Shown here one piece after another: positions 59,060 through 64,000 of a stretch of 64,000 nt of DNA. Below the pieces are notes generated by a model that saw only the letters and a program-made list of their open reading frames with translations, ran no database searches and had not been told where the DNA came from. Both the position numbers and the translations under genes were made by a program. Origin of the DNA: a virus; IMG/VR virus record IMGVR_UViG_3300035698_016731, positions 15,775-79,774 of that record; one strand, 5' to 3'. Within the stretch, counting starts at the first letter, position 1; each line of letters begins with the position of its first letter.

Positions 59060-60529
59060 TTATATTAAGTTGCCACTTCCATCAGGAAGTACATCTTCAA
59101 ATACATCATCAAGAGACATTTCTTTAACATCTCCTACATCTTCCTGGTCAATGTCTTTAAGACTTTTTGAAGTAAGAACAGTGTCCTGAGCTTTCTTCAA
59201 TTCACTAGTAAGAAGTTTAACACTCTTAGTAAGTTCATCAGTAATATGAGATTCCATACCACTCTTACCTTCGAGAACCTTACCAAGCTTTTCAGCTAAA
59301 ACACTTAGTAAATCATCACTCTTCTCTTCTTTCTTCTCTTCCTTTTTCTCTTCTTTATCTTCTTTCTTATCATCAATCTTTTGTTTTGCAAGCTCTTTAA
59401 CTAAGGCTTCAAGAGCAGAAAATCTCTCACTAAGAGTTTTTATGTCATCAGATTTCTCATCTGCTTTTTCATCTTTTTCCTCTTTCTTCTCTTCCTTGAC
59501 TTCCTCTTTCTTTTCTTTCTTCTCTTCCATTACTTCGAGTTTCAAGGAAACATCTTCACCTTCTTCAAGGAGGGAGATGGAGAATTTCTGTTCATTATCT
59601 TTGATAGCCAGCAAGCTTTCTTTATGAGCATCAAACTCTTCAGTAGAGAGCTTCTCAATAAAGCCTTTATATGCATCCTCTTCAGATATTACAACTACAC
59701 ACTTTGAATCCTTGAGGATTTCTGTTATCTCACTATACCTATCCACGTTTGCATCCTCCTTTTTAACTTTTAGTCCAAATAAACCTTTAATAACTTTCGG
59801 TACTCTGTTCAATTTTTCATCTTTCAATTCTAAATCTTTTTTATCAATTTTTGTATCAGCCTTCTTTCTTGCTGATTCTAAATCACTATTCTCAGAGAAC
59901 AGAGACTTAGCTATGCTAAAAATAGCTCGTTCATTTGCAGGAATCTGAACTACGCTAATTTCAACCAAATCAATTGCATCTATCTTCTCAAACTTAACAT
60001 CTTTTCCTTCAACTTGGGTTGTCTCTTCAGTAAAGCGAACTCTACCTTGCCAACTAAATGCATTAAGCTGTCCATCTTTTATCATATCCCAAACTTCAGG
60101 AACTGTTATGTGAATCTTCGCCCACAATCCAACATCACCATCACTAAGAGTTAAAGACTGAGCTTTTGCTTCTGTAATAACTCCCAACATTGGTTGCTTT
60201 TCATCTCTAGTATCAACAACTATAAAATCACTATTAACTTCCTTAACTTGTGCTACTGTTAGAAAGACTGTCTTGCCGATAGGTATTTCATTTTCATTCT
60301 CATCTCTCCATGGACCATGATTGTACCACACTTGAGGATTTTGCATATAGGTTTCTATGTTAAAAGCTTCTGGAGGAATTACATCTCTATCTCGTTTACT
60401 TGTTTCCATTGAGACAAAGCCTTCTATCATCTGTTTCTGTTTTCCTTTCCTATAGATGCTATTAAAACCCATAGAAAATTTAAAATCTTTAGAAAACTGT
60501 TTACTTCCATCCATGTTTTTATCCTCCAA
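59060..60529 (-). CDS. HK97-type prohead protease fused to a Lys/Glu-rich scaffold
   Basis: IEGFVS...DRDVI, YNH, PIGK, LNAFS, LVEISVVQIPAN. Confidence 0.9.
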   Translation of the reverse strand: MEDKNMDGSKQFSKDFKFSMGFNSIYRKGKQKQMIEGFVSMETSKRDRDVIPPEAFNIETYMQNPQVWYNHGPWRDENENEIPIGKTVFLTVAQVKEVNSDFIVVDTRDEKQPMLGVITEAKAQSLTLSDGDVGLWAKIHITVPEVWDMIKDGQLNAFSWQGRVRFTEETTQVEGKDVKFEKIDAIDLVEISVVQIPANERAIFSIAKSLFSENSDLESARKKADTKIDKKDLELKDEKLNRVPKVIKGLFGLKVKKEDANVDRYSEITEILKDSKCVVVISEEDAYKGFIEKLSTEEFDAHKESLLAIKDNEQKFSISLLEEGEDVSLKLEVMEEKKEKKEEVKEEKKEEKDEKADEKSDDIKTLSERFSALEALVKELAKQKIDDKKEDKEEKKEEKKEEKSDDLLSVLAEKLGKVLEGKSGMESHITDELTKSVKLLTSELKKAQDTVLTSKSLKDIDQEDVGDVKEMSLDDVFEDVLPDGSGNLI

Positions 60530-60547
60530 TGTTATATTTTATTATAT
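60530..60547 (-). promoter_or_regulatory. Putative late-promoter motif ATATAATAAAATATAACA
   Basis: Identical to 15097-15114; fills the portal-protease gap. Confidence 0.55.
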
Positions 60548-60549
60548 AA

Positions 60550-62208
60550 TCACGGTGATTTAAAATATTTATCTAATAATTTCTTAAATGTTTTAAACAT
60601 CTTTTCTTCTTCAGCTTTAGGTTTCTTTTTAGGTTTAGGTTTGTTGAACCCAGCATCTGCTGCTCCTTGGTCAGTCTTTCCTCCATCAGTTGGGGTATCT
60701 CCACCCATACCTCCCATACTATCTCCTGCACTTTCAAAGGCATCTACAAACACTATCTCATTAGCCAATTTCAAGAAAGCTCTACTTCCACCCTCAATTG
60801 GAGGATAGCCAAGTTCTCTTCTAACTTCATTAACAGTCATAGCTCCTCTATCCAAATAAGCCTTGTGTTGTTCCATTAACTCTTCATAATCTCTAATGTC
60901 TAATTCATTATAGCGAACTTGAATAAGGTCATAATTTAATCCTTGCCAACCAAATATCTTTCCCCAAAACTGGTCTTCCATCTTCTTTTGGAGAGGTATT
61001 ACAACCCTGTTCTTGTAGTTCTCAGCCTGACTCAATCCTGAGCCACTACCTAGATTGGCAGTATTTATAATACCAACCTGAGCAGGAGTAACTCCATGAG
61101 CTATGAGAATATCTTCACGGCAAACTTTCTTAGTGTCTTGAAAACTTCCCTCTTTAGTTTCAGCAGAAAGCTTCTCGAAATGTATAGACACTCCCTCTGG
61201 AGTACTAAGAACAAGAGTTGTATGAGGCTTTCCTTTTATTTCCTTTTTAAAGTAATGTCGTATAAGCTGGATTACTTTATTATCTACCTCGTCAGCACCC
61301 TCTATCACCACAGCATACTGTGGGACAGCATGATTTTCGAAGAATTTAGATAGATAGTTGTCTATTCCTGCAATGTTGGTGACAGATATCATACTAGCTA
61401 TTACATCAGGAATCCCATATGGACCACCATAGCTATTCTGATGCTTTATAATAAGTAACTCATTAGCTGATTTTGATATAGATACTTTCTTTGGCTCTTT
61501 AGTACCATCTGACTCAATAGACCTAATTGCAACAAGTCTTCTTTCTTGTTCTGATTCTTTTTTATTGAATAAAAACTTCTCACCAAAGCTTACAAATCTT
61601 ATAGCTTTATTTCCTCTAACTTGAAGTATATATCCATCAGTAGTCCATCTCAACTCTTTAGCTGGAACTGGAACAAGGTCAGAAATCTCTCCACTAATCT
61701 TTCTCAATACTTCTACTGCACCCCAACCTATGCTTTCTTCATCTTTCACAACTGCATCAACTAAAGCCTTACTTCCCTGTGCTCCATTAGCATTTTCCAT
61801 AAACATGCGAGCATTCTCTTGCTGAGAAAGAAACTTTTTGTCTTCTAATCGAGTATCATCTTTTGCATCCAATCGGTCAAAATTCTTTGGCTCTATGACA
61901 TAACCCTTAGAAGTAGTATCTTCAGCTTTAATAACACAACAGCGATAATGCACTGAGCTTAAAAGATAAGCTGATTCCAAAAGGTCTACATCTATAGGAG
62001 GTTCAATGAGATTGTTATTCATACCATAAGTATTTCCAATATTCTGTTGTTCAAGAGGACTTATAGTTTTAGAATTTGGGTCTGTACTCTTTGGTCTCCT
62101 GCCTTTTGCTGTTAGGTTATTCCGAAGGTTTGCGATAGCTCGGTCATACTGGTCAGCACTAATTATCCTATCATTATCTAAAATATATGCTTTTGTCATT
62201 CTTTTCAT
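60550..62208 (-). CDS. Portal protein (PBSX/XkdE-like)
   Basis: YGIPDVI, FFENHAVP, EGSF, AHGVTP, GAMTVNEVRRELGYPPIEGG. Confidence 0.92.
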   Translation of the reverse strand: MKRMTKAYILDNDRIISADQYDRAIANLRNNLTAKGRRPKSTDPNSKTISPLEQQNIGNTYGMNNNLIEPPIDVDLLESAYLLSSVHYRCCVIKAEDTTSKGYVIEPKNFDRLDAKDDTRLEDKKFLSQQENARMFMENANGAQGSKALVDAVVKDEESIGWGAVEVLRKISGEISDLVPVPAKELRWTTDGYILQVRGNKAIRFVSFGEKFLFNKKESEQERRLVAIRSIESDGTKEPKKVSISKSANELLIIKHQNSYGGPYGIPDVIASMISVTNIAGIDNYLSKFFENHAVPQYAVVIEGADEVDNKVIQLIRHYFKKEIKGKPHTTLVLSTPEGVSIHFEKLSAETKEGSFQDTKKVCREDILIAHGVTPAQVGIINTANLGSGSGLSQAENYKNRVVIPLQKKMEDQFWGKIFGWQGLNYDLIQVRYNELDIRDYEELMEQHKAYLDRGAMTVNEVRRELGYPPIEGGSRAFLKLANEIVFVDAFESAGDSMGGMGGDTPTDGGKTDQGAADAGFNKPKPKKKPKAEEEKMFKTFKKLLDKYFKSP

Positions 62209-62219
62209 TAAATCATCTC

Positions 62220-62537
62220 CTAAACTATTATACTGTCTTTAACTATAAAACGAGCTTGTGCTACTAACACATCGTCAACAAACACTCCATACCAGTAATC
62301 ACCAGTGCTAGCAAAATCTGTACTTAGCAAAGCAACTTCAAACTCTCCTGCATCTTCATCAGTGAGAGTAGCTGTTTTCTCTATCTCATAACTTGTTGCA
62401 TCATTGAGAGAGCTTGTGACTTTAAATTTTACAGTAGTGTCTGAAAGGTCATAACCTTTATTTGTGTCTGGGTCAATTAACAACAACTTTATTGTTTCTG
62501 CATTTTCTCGATAAACTCTTATTTCAGTACAATCCAT
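62220..62537 (-). CDS. BppU/Ig-like small virion protein
   Basis: YDLSDTTVKF...AGEFEVAL...GDYWY. Confidence 0.55.
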   Translation of the reverse strand: MDCTEIRVYRENAETIKLLLIDPDTNKGYDLSDTTVKFKVTSSLNDATSYEIEKTATLTDEDAGEFEVALLSTDFASTGDYWYGVFVDDVLVAQARFIVKDSIIV

Positions 62538-62539
62538 TT

Positions 62540-62923
62540 TTAACCTCTTCTTACTTTAAGTGCTAGACGTTCTTTAATATGTAATTTATACCTTTTATTT
62601 CTCATCTTTAATACAGCATCAGTAACTTGAACTCTTGTAACTGTTGATTCAGCATTATAATAAAAACGAGTAGTGAAAGATTGACTAAATCCACTAATCA
62701 TTTCTAAAGTCCAAATAACATTATAAACCTGAGCTGAAGAATAAAGAGCATCTTCCAATTCCACATAGTAAATACCAGTACTCTCTTTAATTGGAGTAGG
62801 ACTTTCCATAGTAGTATCACTTAAATCCTTAACCACTGCACTTATTGAATCTGCATCTTGGAGTGTGAAAGTGTCTCCTATCAATTGCCCTAATCTTTCC
62901 AAATATACTCTACTACTTGCCAT
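62540..62923 (-). CDS. Ig-like hypothetical virion protein
   Basis: STGIYYV...YNVIW beta pattern. Confidence 0.5.
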   Translation of the reverse strand: MASSRVYLERLGQLIGDTFTLQDADSISAVVKDLSDTTMESPTPIKESTGIYYVELEDALYSSAQVYNVIWTLEMISGFSQSFTTRFYYNAESTVTRVQVTDAVLKMRNKRYKLHIKERLALKVRRG

Positions 62924-62927
62924 TCAA

Positions 62928-63902
62928 TTAACGTCCAGGTAAAATTATTGTTGGTTTTCCTCTCCAAAGTTCATATGTATCTGCTGCTGAAGGAGTAACT
63001 ACCCAATCAGGATAAACAGTAAAAGTTCCACTAGTTGTTACAAAGTCAATTACTTCTTTAACTTCATCATCTGCACTACCACTTGTCATTATAATATAAT
63101 ATCCTATAAAGAAATCATTTCCATAAGCACTAAAAGCAGCATCAATAATAGTTGTACTACTAGCACTATCTACTGTATAACCATCTCCAAACATCAACCC
63201 TACTTCAGATAATCCACCTATCCTCTTTCCTGCAGTATCAGCTGTTGTATGTCCTGTTATATCTTCATCAAATATGGAATCAATACCTGCTGCAGAAAGT
63301 GAGAATCCAGTCTTAGTAGTCAAAGTAGTAACTGTACCAACAGTACTCCCATCTAAGTCTATTGTAGTATTATCTTCATCTAACTCAACCAGCTTCAATA
63401 CTGTAGTATTAGTTAATCCTACTGTAGTTGTAGGATTGCTTATATCTGCCCAATTTATCCCTATGTTGTCCGAAGCTACAAGAGTGCTTGTACCTACTCC
63501 AATGTTTTGGTAGGAAACAATTTCTCCTTGATGGTCACCGTATGTTGCATTGGAATTATCAACAACGAAGAGATACTGGTCTGCCCCTGTTTCACCTGCT
63601 GGCGGGTCAAATGAGTAATAATAAAAGCCGTTGGTTGAGTCTTCAGAGAGATTTGTAGTTTTGCTCGTCCATCCACTTGCTTTAAAGGCATTGTCATTAA
63701 AGTCGAACCAATATTCATCACTCACCCTCATTGTTGATAAAGTTACTGTTTGTCCACTTACATGGTCTCCACTGGCGTCTGCTATATAATAGATGACCAT
63801 ATGATTGTCTTGAATATCTCTTACTATATCTGAATAACAGAAAGTTGTGCCTAACAGTATAAATACACATATACCAAGTATAAAATATTTTAGTTTCTTC
63901 AT
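62928..63902 (-). CDS. Signal-peptide-bearing Thr/Asp-rich virion-like protein
   Basis: MKKLKYFILGICVFILLGTTFCYS; C-terminal NDFFIG..I.MTSG...VIDF...FTV...PSAADTY. Confidence 0.6.
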   Translation of the reverse strand: MKKLKYFILGICVFILLGTTFCYSDIVRDIQDNHMVIYYIADASGDHVSGQTVTLSTMRVSDEYWFDFNDNAFKASGWTSKTTNLSEDSTNGFYYYSFDPPAGETGADQYLFVVDNSNATYGDHQGEIVSYQNIGVGTSTLVASDNIGINWADISNPTTTVGLTNTTVLKLVELDEDNTTIDLDGSTVGTVTTLTTKTGFSLSAAGIDSIFDEDITGHTTADTAGKRIGGLSEVGLMFGDGYTVDSASSTTIIDAAFSAYGNDFFIGYYIIMTSGSADDEVKEVIDFVTTSGTFTVYPDWVVTPSAADTYELWRGKPTIILPGR

Positions 63903-64000
63903 AATATTATAAACCTTTTGATTATCGCCCTTATTTCAGCATCAGCTATATAATTTGTTAAAAGAGCTACGGCTTCTTGACACACTTCAATCTCTTTCTT
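63899..64000 (-). CDS. 3' end of an upstream gene (partial)
   Basis: Open frame KEIEVCQEAVALLTNYIADAEIRAIIKRFIIL* overlapping the next ATG. Confidence 0.5.
   Translation of the reverse strand, partial: KKEIEVCQEAVALLTNYIADAEIRAIIKRFIIL

Noticed and set aside
1197-63721. Numerous short antisense ORFs in the track
   Set aside because: They overlap well-supported genes and show no recognisable motifs
1-64000. CRISPR array, rRNA, integrase, tail sheath or stop-codon recoding
   Set aside because: None seen; genes are full length under code 11

Overview
64 kb of an AT-rich, large tailed dsDNA phage (siphovirus-like: tail tube, frameshifted tail chaperones and tape measure, no sheath seen), standard genetic code, in two convergent blocks. 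The + block (1-17419) holds replication/recombination genes: DnaE with an HNH intein and a C-terminal family-4 UDG fusion, UvsY-like, gp32-like SSB, RecA, SbcD/SbcC and RuvC-like. It also has an SPFH gene followed by two type IV pilin-like genes, a holin-like gene and both terminase subunits. The - block (64000-17502) is the morphogenesis operon: portal, protease/scaffold, major capsid, head-tail genes, tail tube, chaperones, tape measure, hub and LamG/C1q/polyglycine fibres. Main highlight: a ~19 kb glycan-synthesis and decoration locus (8 glycosyltransferase domains, 3 sugar epimerases, 4 methyltransferase domains, cytidylyltransferase, phosphotransferase-like and SGNH enzymes) lies between the capsid and head-tail genes. 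Its lead triple-GT enzyme shares an N-terminal module with the post-capsid protein, suggesting a capsid-docked virion glycosylation system. Other highlights: tandem phage pilin-like genes, the DnaE-UDG fusion, a fibre gene split mid-LamG by a 1.5 kb cassette, and apparent GATC avoidance. All family calls come from motif recognition by eye; no database searches were run.
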